The translations under genes were made by a program, and so were the position numbers. A DNA stretch of 64,000 bases from an uncultured Gemmatimonadales bacterium (GTDB lineage Bacteria > Gemmatimonadota > Gemmatimonadetes > Gemmatimonadales > GWC2-71-9), in NCBI GenBank assembly GCA_963821525.1, contig CAWGED010000019.1, positions 512,001 to 576,000 of the forward strand. The letters run 5' to 3'. Under the pieces are notes generated by a model. The model was not told where the DNA came from, ran no database searches, and was given only the letters and a program-made list of their open reading frames with translations. This document shows positions 44,201 through 52,804 of the stretch, piece by piece; position 1 is the first letter of the stretch, and every line of letters begins with the position of its first letter.

Positions 44201-44395
44201 GACCCCTGGGGACTGGCGCCGAGCCTCAAGCGACTGGGTGAGCTCTACGAGGAGCGGGGCGACAAGGCAAAGGCACTCGACTACTACACCCGATTCGTGG
44301 CGCTCTGGAAGGACGCCGATCCCGTGCTCCAGCCGAGCGTGCGCGAGGTGCGGGGGCGGATGGCGAAGCTGGCGGGGGAATCGGTGAGGCAATAG
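41238..44395 (+). CDS. Ser/Thr protein kinase 2: kinase + 3 TM + TolB-N-like + TPR repeats
   Basis: Frame is open upstream of ATG 41324 (LQAALGDTYRVLKELGGGGMSRV), so the true start is probably TTG 41238 with a 1-nt indel; HRDIKPDN, DFG and YMAPEQ. Confidence 0.92.
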
Positions 44396-44402
44396 GCGGG
44401 AA

Positions 44403-44622
44403 GGCGGAATGGCGGAATGGCGGAATGGCGGAATGGCGGAATGGCGGAATGGCGGAATGGCGGAATGGCGGAATGGCGGAATGGCGGAATGGCGGAATGG
44501 CGGAATGGCGGAATGGCGGAATGGCGGAATGGCGGAATGGCGGAATGGCGGAATGGCGGAATGGCGGAATGGCGGAATGGCGGAATGGCGGAATGGCGGA
44601 ATGGCGGAATGGCGGAATGGCG
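44403..44622. repeat. Perfect tandem octamer (GGCGGAAT) x27 plus a partial unit
   Basis: 44403-44618 = 216 nt = 27 units; short inverted match CCGCCATCCCGCC at 44663-44675. Confidence 0.97.
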
Positions 44623-44684
44623 CCCCGAAGGTAAGCAGTCAGCGAAGCGATCTCCAGCCCGACCGCCATCCCGCCCCACTCGAC

Positions 44685-44777
44685 TGACAAAGACCCACGA
44701 CTCACGACCACCGACCATTGACTATCGACCAGCAGCTCTCGACCTCACTCTCCGACCGCTACCGCATCGAGCGGGAA
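44685..44777 (+). pseudogene. Orphan 5' stub of a kinase gene preceded by GAC heptamer repeats
   Basis: From TTG 44718 it reads LTIDQQLSTSLSDRYRIERE versus kinase-1 LTIDDKLSAALSDRYRIERE; similarity then stops. Confidence 0.8.
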
Positions 44778-44937
44778 CACCGCCAGCTCAGGCGTGAAGC
44801 AGCGGGAGGCAACTCCGCTGTCTGCCTGATCGAGTGCAGCAAGGCACAAGGCGGACGCAGCGCGTCTGCAAGGTGACGCACAGGATTCAACCCTGCTCTT
44901 CTGTCGCGCTGGACCCGGCGACGTCGAGTAGCGATAG

Positions 44938-44976
44938 CAACAAATTCAGCGCCCGGCCCCTAAGGACCGGGCACTG
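44938..44976 (-). terminator. Terminator of the minus-strand lipoprotein pair
   Basis: Minus-strand CAGTGCCCGGTCCTTAGGGGCCGGGCGCTG followed by AATTTGTT. Confidence 0.6.
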
Positions 44977-45000
44977 ACACGACCCCGCCAGAGCGGAGGT

Positions 45001-45552
45001 TCACCGTACCACGACCTGTCCCTGAGGTGTCGGGAAGAGTGGAATGACGTCGTCGAAAGCAGGGGCGCCGTTACAATCCACGTCCAAACCAGGGTAGTTG
45101 ATGGTGAGGGAGATCTGGTCCGGAGGATCCCTCGTGGAGCGGCCGTTGTCCACGACTTTTGTGAGTGCCAACTGGCCGATCTGGTCGCTATTCCCCTGAG
45201 TAATCACGCCACTGACATATGCCCGGTTGCCAATCACGTTGAGACAGTTGACGGCAACATGAACGCCGCCGCCGCCGCCGTTTACGTGTGAGCCTCGATC
45301 CACCCATTGCCCCGTCACGCTGCCATCGGCCCATTGAATCGCGGTAAGAGAGAAATTCGCGTCGCATCCGGGCTTATCCCCGACCGCGGAACAGATATCG
45401 GGGGAACCGGCGGTTGCCTGGTGTACCACTTGACTGCCCACATTGGCCGGCGACGCCGGGCCGTCCGACTGTGCGGTTGGCGGAATCGCACTCTCGGAAC
45501 AGCCGAACACAACTGCCGTCGCGAGGATCATGAGAATCCGGTTGCTCAACAT
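45001..45552 (-). CDS. Hypothetical lipoprotein (beta-rich, Cys-containing)
   Basis: AGGAGG + ATG 45552; lipobox VFGC. Confidence 0.75.
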   Translation of the reverse strand: MLSNRILMILATAVVFGCSESAIPPTAQSDGPASPANVGSQVVHQATAGSPDICSAVGDKPGCDANFSLTAIQWADGSVTGQWVDRGSHVNGGGGGVHVAVNCLNVIGNRAYVSGVITQGNSDQIGQLALTKVVDNGRSTRDPPDQISLTINYPGLDVDCNGAPAFDDVIPLFPTPQGQVVVR

Positions 45553-45624
45553 TGAGTACCTCCTGGTAAAGGGGCAGTACATGGTAAAGGCAGCCAGAAG
45601 TAGGGGGAGTCGGCCACGCCGTAC

Positions 45625-46134
45625 TTAACCCCGGCACTTCACGGTGAAGCCCTCCACCGTGGTCTTTACCCCTTGAGAGGTGTAAACAATGACTTGGTCG
45701 AAGCTAAGGAGGAGGTTGGGCAGCCCACCCGGAGAGATGAGGTCGACGTGCTGAGTTGTCGTACTCGTGCCGTTCGGCGCCACCAGACTCGGCGTGTTGA
45801 AGTTGAAGTGGTTCTGGACGCGGACCAGCCACTTGGTCCCGGTGTTGAGCCCGGTACCCGTCGCGACGAGCACCTCCTGGACCGAGATGTGATCATCGAA
45901 GCCGGGTTCCGACACGATGTTGGTCGAGGTCTTGAGAGTGCCAACGAACGCGATGTCCTCACTAGTGCAGAAGGATACCTCTTCGGCCCCGCTCTCGATG
46001 GGTATCGTTTCGGTGACGTGCACGGCGGTCTTGGCGAGACTGGGTTGGTTGGCTGCCGGGCCTACCAAGCTGCCACTCTGCTCGCAGCCTGCTAGAAGGG
46101 CGGTCGCTATGAGCAAGGGACGAAAGGTTCGCAT
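45625..46134 (-). CDS. Hypothetical lipoprotein (beta-rich)
   Basis: AGGAG + ATG; MRTFRPLLIATALLAGC lipobox. Confidence 0.8.
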   Translation of the reverse strand: MRTFRPLLIATALLAGCEQSGSLVGPAANQPSLAKTAVHVTETIPIESGAEEVSFCTSEDIAFVGTLKTSTNIVSEPGFDDHISVQEVLVATGTGLNTGTKWLVRVQNHFNFNTPSLVAPNGTSTTTQHVDLISPGGLPNLLLSFDQVIVYTSQGVKTTVEGFTVKCRG

Positions 46135-46308
46135 GGGATGGCTCCTGACCGAGTCGAGGGAGTAGAGGTGGACGGGCTCATCACCACCTCACGTCGTGTT
46201 CCGGCTAGAGACCCTGAGTCCAGTGGGCGCGAATGTGCCCGGTCTGGTAGCGCGCCCCGACGCCAGGGTTACATTCCGCTGCAGGACCCGACCAGCGTAC
46301 CGCCCCGC

Positions 46309-46338
46309 GGTGACCCACGCGTGATCAAGGCGTGACCC
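46309..46338 (-). promoter_or_regulatory. Three direct repeats at 11-nt period (candidate OmpR/SARP-type binding site)
   Basis: Plus-strand GTGAC/GTGAT/GTGAC at 46310, 46321 and 46332; a -10-like TACGCT follows on the minus strand. Confidence 0.5.
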
Positions 46339-46359
46339 GGCCGTCCACCCCTCTCTCCG

Positions 46360-47157
46360 ATGCCCGGGACCGACACCCGGCTGATGTTGCGCACCCTGGG
46401 CGCGGTCGGCGTTGACGGCCACCGCGACGCGGGAGTAGTGCCGATCTCCATCCAGCCGAAACGGCTGGCCCTGCTGGTCTACCTCGTCCTTCATTCACCA
46501 CAGTTCTGTCGCCGGGATACCCTCGTCGCCCTGTTCTGGCCCGAGCTCGACCACGCGCACGCGCGTGGCGCGCTCCGACAGGCGGTGCGCGGGTTGAGGC
46601 GGCTCTTGGGAGAGGAGGCGGTAGTCACCCACGGCGAGGAGGAAGTAGGTGTCTCATCGGATCGGCTCTGGTGTGACGCCGCGGCGTTTGAGGCCGAGGC
46701 GTTGGCCGGTCGATCGCCAGCGGCGCTCGAGCTGTATCGGGGCGATTTCCTGGCGGGGTTCTTCGTGGACGATGCGGCGGCAGAACTCGAGTTCTGGGTG
46801 GATCAGACCCGCGCTCGACTCAAGAACCAGGCCCATGAGGCAGCCAGGCGGCTACTCGATGCCGCCGAGCAGAGCGGCGACCACCCGGGGGCCGTGTCAT
46901 GGGCCCGTCGAACGATGGAGCTGATGCCCGACGACGAGCGGGGAGTGCGTCACCTGATCCGGTTGCTCGATGCCCGGGGAGACCGCGCCGGTGCGTTAGG
47001 CGCGTACGAGGCCTTCCGAAAGCATCTGATCGCTGAACACGGGGTAGAGCCGTCGCCCGAGACGCTGGCGCTGATTGATCAGGTGCGCTCTCGGAAACAG
47101 CTGGTCTGGGAGTCACCGCTCAGGGGCTGGCCTCCGACAACCCCGTCCACGGACTGA
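46360..47157 (+). CDS. Stand-alone SARP-like transcriptional activator (wHTH + BTAD)
   Basis: LRTLG, PKRLALLVYL, RDTLVALFWPE, ALELYRGDFLAG and GVEPSPET. Confidence 0.9.
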   Translation: MPGTDTRLMLRTLGAVGVDGHRDAGVVPISIQPKRLALLVYLVLHSPQFCRRDTLVALFWPELDHAHARGALRQAVRGLRRLLGEEAVVTHGEEEVGVSSDRLWCDAAAFEAEALAGRSPAALELYRGDFLAGFFVDDAAAELEFWVDQTRARLKNQAHEAARRLLDAAEQSGDHPGAVSWARRTMELMPDDERGVRHLIRLLDARGDRAGALGAYEAFRKHLIAEHGVEPSPETLALIDQVRSRKQLVWESPLRGWPPTTPSTD

Positions 47158-47164
47158 CAGTCCG

Positions 47165-49795
47165 GTGACCGATCCGACCGAGCGCCTGCGCGCCGCATTG
47201 GCCGACCGCTATCCCATCGACCGGGAGCTCGGCCGGGGCAGGATGGCAAGGGTGTACCTGGCCCGCGACCTCCGGCACGGGCGCCAAGTGGCACTCAAGG
47301 TTTTGCACCCCGCCCTTGCGGTGGGCGTGGGCACCGAACGTTTCCTGCGTGAGGTCCGCATCGCCGCCGCCTTGCAGCATCCCCATATCCTGCCGGTCCA
47401 TGACTCCGGCGAGGCGGTCGGGCAGCTCTACTATGTCATGCCCTACGTAGAAGGCGAGACGCTGCGGGCGCGGTTGGACCGAGACGGCCCGTTGCCAGTC
47501 GATGAATCGGTGCGACTCGCGCGGGAGGTGCTGGACGCGCTGGGCTACGCGCATCGGCACAACGTGATCCACCGCGATATCAAGCCGGAGAACATTCTGC
47601 TCTCGGACGGCCATGCCCTGGTGGCTGATTTCGGGATCGCCAAGGCGCTGGTGACTGCGGGGGATAAGCACCTGACGGAGACCGGCTGGAGCATGGGCAC
47701 CCCGCCCTACATGAGCCCGGAGCAGATTGGCGCTGGGCCAGTGGATGGCCGGAGCGATCTATACGGGCTGGGCTGCGTGCTGCAAGAGATGCTCACCGGT
47801 GCGACACCCTTCACCGGTGCGACCCCACAAGAATTGTTCGCCAAGCATGTGCGGGACCGGCCACCACCCCTGCGCACCCTGCGGCCCGAGGCGCCGCTCG
47901 CGGTTGAGCAGGCGATCGAGGCCGCCCTGGCCAAGGCGCCGGCGCAGCGCTTTGCCACCGCAGCGGAGTTCGCTACCGCACTGGGAACTTCGTCGGGCGC
48001 TCCGCATGGCGCCAAGCCGCATCCTGAGCGCACCGTACTTCCTCCGGCAGGCCCGATGCTCGTGGTCGGGGCCCTGATTGCCCTCGTCGCCATCGGGGTT
48101 GTGGTCATGCGGCGAGGCTCGTCGCCAAGCCTGTCGCTAAGCAAGCGCACCGCCGTCACCCTGGAGCCAGGGCTCGAAATGACCCCGGCGATTTCTCCGG
48201 ATGGCAAAATGGTCGCGTACAGCCGCCTGACGCCTACCGGCAGTGCAGTGCTGGTGCAGCAGTTGGCTGGCGGCGCACCGGTCACCGTGGCCCATCTGCC
48301 TCCCCTCCAAGAGGGAATGCCTGCCTGGTCTCCGGACGGCGACCGGCTGCTTTATCTCTCGCCTCGCGGCCTCGAAGTGGTTCCCGCACTGGGTGGCGTC
48401 ACGAGGCTCATGGTCCCGCTGAGGGCGACCCGATTCGTCTCCCGGGTCCTGGGCTGGGGGTCCTGGGCTCCCGACGGGCAGCGCATCGCCTACGGCATCG
48501 GAGATACTCTCTTCACCCGTGCATTCGCCGACTCGGCACCGCGCCCGCTCGTCACGGGCGGCCAGCCGAACTCGCCGGCCTGGTCTCCTTCCGGGGAATG
48601 GATCGCCTACGTCGCAGGCAACATCGAGTATGTGCCGTACGCCAACCTGGCGCCCAGTAGCATCTGGGTGATTCGGTCCTCGGGAGGGCCTCCGGTGCGG
48701 ATCACCGGGGACCAGTCACTCCATGCCAGTCCGGTCTGGTTACCCGGAGGCCGTGATCTGCTTTTCGTTTCCAATGAGGAGGGTGGCCGTGACATCTACC
48801 GGGTGCGGCTGGCCCGCTCGGGTGCGCCCGAGGGTCCGCCCGTCCGGCTTACCACCGGCCTCAACCCGCACACCATCGCGCTTTCGAGTAACGGGCACCG
48901 GCTGCTGTACTCGCTCCACGTCGAGACCTCCAATGTCTTCGCGTTGACCATCCAACCGGGTCGATCGGTCTCCCTGGAGGAGGCCCGGCCAGTTACCAGC
49001 GGGACCCAAATCATCGAAGGATTCTCGGTCTCGCCCGACGGACGGTGGTTGGCCTTCGACTCCAATCGCCTGGGGAATCAGGACATCTGGCGGATGCCGC
49101 TCGACGGCAGTGCGCCGCCGGAACAACTTACCTCGACACCGGTGGACGAGTTCCAGCCGGCGTACTCTGCGGATGGGATGTTCCTCGCCTTTCATCAGAC
49201 CCGGAGCGGTTCCGTTCGCGGACTCTTCGTCATGCCGGCCTCCGGCGGAACCCCGGAGCCGGTCCGAACCACGACCAGCAACAACATTTCTCCGCTTTGG
49301 TCGCCGGATGGACAGGCGCTGGCCTACAATGACAACGACTCCGTGGTGACTGCCATCGTGCGTCGGAGACCGAATGCGCGATCCTGGCAGGAGACCAGCA
49401 CCAGGCTGTTTTCTGCCGGCAGTCAAGGCGCGGTATGGTCTCCAGACGGAAGGTGGATCACCTACGCGTCGAACGACAGCATCGCTGTCGCTGCCGCCGA
49501 CGGTGGAACACCGCCGAGGGTCAGGGCACTGCCGGCGGGCTTCTCCAACTTCGCCTATATCCGATGGGGCACCGACAGCCGCACGATCTACTTTTCTGGC
49601 CTCATGCCGGACGCGCGGTTTCTGGTCTACGCCGTGTCCCCCACCGGCGGCCCGCTTCGCGAGGTGGCACACTCTGACGGACCCTCCTTCCAGACCTATC
49701 GGTTCAGCATGGATGTTCAGGGCAACATTCTGTACCTCTCGCTTGCGGACCGGCAGAGCGACATCTGGATGGCCGAGGTTGAGTCCAGACCGTGA
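47165..49795 (+). CDS. Ser/Thr protein kinase 3: kinase + TM + PD40 propellers
   Basis: GTG 47165; LGRGRMARV, VALK, HRDIKPEN and DFG; WSPDG-type repeats. Confidence 0.93.
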   Translation: MTDPTERLRAALADRYPIDRELGRGRMARVYLARDLRHGRQVALKVLHPALAVGVGTERFLREVRIAAALQHPHILPVHDSGEAVGQLYYVMPYVEGETLRARLDRDGPLPVDESVRLAREVLDALGYAHRHNVIHRDIKPENILLSDGHALVADFGIAKALVTAGDKHLTETGWSMGTPPYMSPEQIGAGPVDGRSDLYGLGCVLQEMLTGATPFTGATPQELFAKHVRDRPPPLRTLRPEAPLAVEQAIEAALAKAPAQRFATAAEFATALGTSSGAPHGAKPHPERTVLPPAGPMLVVGALIALVAIGVVVMRRGSSPSLSLSKRTAVTLEPGLEMTPAISPDGKMVAYSRLTPTGSAVLVQQLAGGAPVTVAHLPPLQEGMPAWSPDGDRLLYLSPRGLEVVPALGGVTRLMVPLRATRFVSRVLGWGSWAPDGQRIAYGIGDTLFTRAFADSAPRPLVTGGQPNSPAWSPSGEWIAYVAGNIEYVPYANLAPSSIWVIRSSGGPPVRITGDQSLHASPVWLPGGRDLLFVSNEEGGRDIYRVRLARSGAPEGPPVRLTTGLNPHTIALSSNGHRLLYSLHVETSNVFALTIQPGRSVSLEEARPVTSGTQIIEGFSVSPDGRWLAFDSNRLGNQDIWRMPLDGSAPPEQLTSTPVDEFQPAYSADGMFLAFHQTRSGSVRGLFVMPASGGTPEPVRTTTSNNISPLWSPDGQALAYNDNDSVVTAIVRRRPNARSWQETSTRLFSAGSQGAVWSPDGRWITYASNDSIAVAAADGGTPPRVRALPAGFSNFAYIRWGTDSRTIYFSGLMPDARFLVYAVSPTGGPLREVAHSDGPSFQTYRFSMDVQGNILYLSLADRQSDIWMAEVESRP

Positions 49796-52716
49796 GTTCG
49801 CCCCTCGACAGGCTGGGAGCCGCCCTCGCCGACCGATACCGGATCGAGCGGGAGCTGGGTCAGGGTGGCATGGCGACGGTTTACCTCGCCGAGGACCTGA
49901 AGCACCATCGCCGAGTGGCGATCAAGGTGCTGCGACCGGAGCTGGCCTCCGCCCTCGGCCCCGAGCGGTTCCTCCGGGAAATCGAGATCTCCGCCGGGCT
50001 GCATCATCCCCACATTCTGCCGCTATTCGACAGCGGTGCGATCCCCGACGCCATGGCGGGGCAGGCTGCCCTTCTGTATTACATCATGCCCTATGTCGAG
50101 GGAGAATCATTGCGGGACCGGTTGAACCGGGAACACCAGCTGCCCATCGACGATGCTGTACACATTGCGAGCGAGGTGGCCGATGCGCTGGCCCATGCGC
50201 ACGAGCGCGACCTCATTCACCGCGATATTAAGCCGGGAAACATCCTGCTGGAGGGCGGCCACGCGCTGGTGGCCGACTTCGGCATCGCGCGCGCGGTGGG
50301 TAGCGCGACGACCACGCGCCTGACCGAAACCGGGCTCGCCATCGGCACGCCCGCCTATATGTCCCCCGAGCAGGCCCTGGGCGAGGCGGGGGTCGACGCG
50401 CGGAGCGACGTCTACGCGCTCGGCTGCGTGCTCTACGAGATGCTGGCGGGCGAGCCGCCGTACACCGGAGCCACCGCGCAGGCGATCGTGGCCCGCCGGC
50501 TCAGCGAGCCGGTCCGGTCTCTGCGCGTCGTCCGGGAAACAGTGCCCGATCAGTTGGAGCGGGCAGTTATGCGGGCGCTGGCACGGGTGCCGGCCGACCG
50601 CTTCCCCTCGGCCACGGCCTTCCGCGAAGCTCTCGTCGTCGGCCGGGGGGCCACCGATCGCTCCGACGGGACGGAGGCGCAGCCGAGTCGGTCGACCAGC
50701 CGACGTCGGACCGTGCTTGGCATAGTCGCCGTGGCGGCGGTGGTGGGAGTCGCCATCGCGTTACCACGGAGGACGCGCGAGCGCGGTGGGGTTCAGCCCG
50801 TCGCTTCGGCCGCGGTGCCAGGCGTCGCCGTCCTGCCGTTCCGAACCGTGGGCGCGGATCCGGAGCTGTGGCACGAGGGGATCGTAGACCTGCTCTCCTA
50901 CAACCTCGACGGGATAGGGCAGCTGCGGAAGATCGATCCGGTGACCGTCCTCACCGGCTGGCGGCGGATGGGCGGGAGCGCTTCCAACCCGCTGAGTGCG
51001 GATGAGGCGCGGGAGGTGGGACGCCGGCTGGGCAGCCGCTACGTCGTCACCGGGAAAGCGGTGCAGATCGGAGCCGACGTCCAGCTCATCGCCGAGGTGC
51101 ATGACGTCGCGAGCGGCGAGATCCGAGGCGCCGTGCGGGTGACGCGGCCAGCCGACAGCGCGTCGTCGCTCGTGGACGAGCTGACGCTGGAGCTCCTGCG
51201 TCGCAATCTCCTGCCGACTGTCGGAGAGTACCCCCCGCCCAGCCTGAGCCGGGTAACGACGACGTCGCTCCCCGCGCTCAAGGAGTATCTGGCCGGCGAG
51301 CGAGAATACCGAACCGCGCACTGGACCGAGGCGGTTCCGCATTATCACCGCGCCATCGAGGTGGACTCGAATTTCGCCTCTGCGTGGTTTCGCCTGAGCA
51401 ACGCGTGCAGCTGGGGAGGGTGCGCAGACAAGCTCGCGGAAGACTATGGCAGACGAGCCCTGGAACTCGTGGATCAGCTCCCGGACCGTGACGCGAAGCT
51501 GATCCGGGCGATCTCGACGTTCGACGTCGCGGCGCTGGAGGCGTTGACTGCCACATACCCGGACGATGTCGAGGCGTGGGTCGCTCTAGGGGAGAGCTAC
51601 TTCCATCACGGCGGCGTCACCCTGCGTTCGACCGAAGCGTACCGGGGCGCGTTCACGCGGGCGGTGCGGCTCAGTCCCTACTACGGCGAGGCTTACATCC
51701 ACCTGATCGAGGACGCGTTTCTGCGCCTCGACAGTCTCGATGCCCAGCGCCTCATCGATGGCTACGTCGCCCTCGGCGGCAACCGCGCCTGCAGTCCCCA
51801 GGTGAGCCGTGACCTGGTCTGGGGCACCCCTGCCGCGCGCAAGCGGGCCATGGTCGTGCTCGACACTGTGGCGTTGATCGAGTGCGTGCAGGCACCATTG
51901 GCCGCGCCGCCGCAGGCCCTTGATCGCATGGCGCAGATCTACGCCGCAGGGGTGGACACATCCACCCAGGCAGACGTTCGAACGATTGCGCTCTGGCGCT
52001 TGCTCCAGGTCCGCGTCCCGAACGGCCAGATCACGGTGGCCCGACAGGCGCTGGCCCGGGTGGCCGGCGTACCGGTGACCGGCGATCGTGGCGCGCGATG
52101 GGAGATCATGCTGCACCTCTCGGGGTTCCCCGACTCGGCCACGGCTCGGCGTGCCGCGCGAGTGATCGCTACCGAGGGAGAGCCGACGGACCGCTTCTGG
52201 ATCGGTGCGCTCGCTATCGACGAAGGCCGCTGGACCGATGTCGAGGCGGTGCGGCGAGTGCTCGAGCGACCGGCGCAGGGTGTCGATTCTGAGGCTTCAC
52301 CGACGGACACCAGCGGCCCCGCATACGGAGCGGCTTTGGGGGCCTACGCTGGGCTGGTTAGAGGCGATCGCGGTCGGCTGGCGGAATTCGAAGCGGCGCT
52401 GGCCCGGCTACCCACAGCCGACTGGGAAAGTGAGCAGCCCCAACAGTATCTCCGCTATCGGGTCGGGAAGCTGTTGTACGACGCCGGCCAGACCCGCGAC
52501 GCCGAGCGGTATTTCCGGACGTTCCAGCAATACGACTTCTTCTACACTACCACGGCCGAGCTGTACCTCGGTCGGATCGCCGAAGCGCAGGGACGTCCGG
52601 AGGAAGCGGCAACGCACTACGGCAGGTTCGTTCGCTGGTCGCGATCTGCCGACGAGCCGCTCCGCCCGCTGTGGGAAGAGGCTCGCCAGGCGCTGAGGCG
52701 GCTCGCCGGGGAGTAG
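49792..52716 (+). CDS. Ser/Thr protein kinase 4: kinase + TM + TolB-N-like + TPR repeats
   Basis: HRDIKPGN and DFG; VAVLPF, VTTTSLPALKEY and TPR-like helices; GTGA overlap with kinase 3. Confidence 0.93.
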   Translation: MSSPLDRLGAALADRYRIERELGQGGMATVYLAEDLKHHRRVAIKVLRPELASALGPERFLREIEISAGLHHPHILPLFDSGAIPDAMAGQAALLYYIMPYVEGESLRDRLNREHQLPIDDAVHIASEVADALAHAHERDLIHRDIKPGNILLEGGHALVADFGIARAVGSATTTRLTETGLAIGTPAYMSPEQALGEAGVDARSDVYALGCVLYEMLAGEPPYTGATAQAIVARRLSEPVRSLRVVRETVPDQLERAVMRALARVPADRFPSATAFREALVVGRGATDRSDGTEAQPSRSTSRRRTVLGIVAVAAVVGVAIALPRRTRERGGVQPVASAAVPGVAVLPFRTVGADPELWHEGIVDLLSYNLDGIGQLRKIDPVTVLTGWRRMGGSASNPLSADEAREVGRRLGSRYVVTGKAVQIGADVQLIAEVHDVASGEIRGAVRVTRPADSASSLVDELTLELLRRNLLPTVGEYPPPSLSRVTTTSLPALKEYLAGEREYRTAHWTEAVPHYHRAIEVDSNFASAWFRLSNACSWGGCADKLAEDYGRRALELVDQLPDRDAKLIRAISTFDVAALEALTATYPDDVEAWVALGESYFHHGGVTLRSTEAYRGAFTRAVRLSPYYGEAYIHLIEDAFLRLDSLDAQRLIDGYVALGGNRACSPQVSRDLVWGTPAARKRAMVVLDTVALIECVQAPLAAPPQALDRMAQIYAAGVDTSTQADVRTIALWRLLQVRVPNGQITVARQALARVAGVPVTGDRGARWEIMLHLSGFPDSATARRAARVIATEGEPTDRFWIGALAIDEGRWTDVEAVRRVLERPAQGVDSEASPTDTSGPAYGAALGAYAGLVRGDRGRLAEFEAALARLPTADWESEQPQQYLRYRVGKLLYDAGQTRDAERYFRTFQQYDFFYTTTAELYLGRIAEAQGRPEEAATHYGRFVRWSRSADEPLRPLWEEARQALRRLAGE

Positions 52717-52804
52717 GGGCCCGTCGTTATGCCCGCGAACGGTGGCCTGGTCGCGCCCGCCGGGCGAGCGGTTTCTGCACTGGGGAGGAGAATCGGATCG
52801 AGCG

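Noticed and set aside
44226..44797. ORFs encoding (MAEWRNGG)n or (HSAIPPFR)n
   Set aside because: By-products of a stop-free 8-nt tandem repeat that is open in several frames
47220..47255. Kinase 3 as a pseudokinase (G-loop GRGRMA)
   Set aside because: Catalytic Lys, HRD and DFG are intact; one loop substitution is not enough evidence
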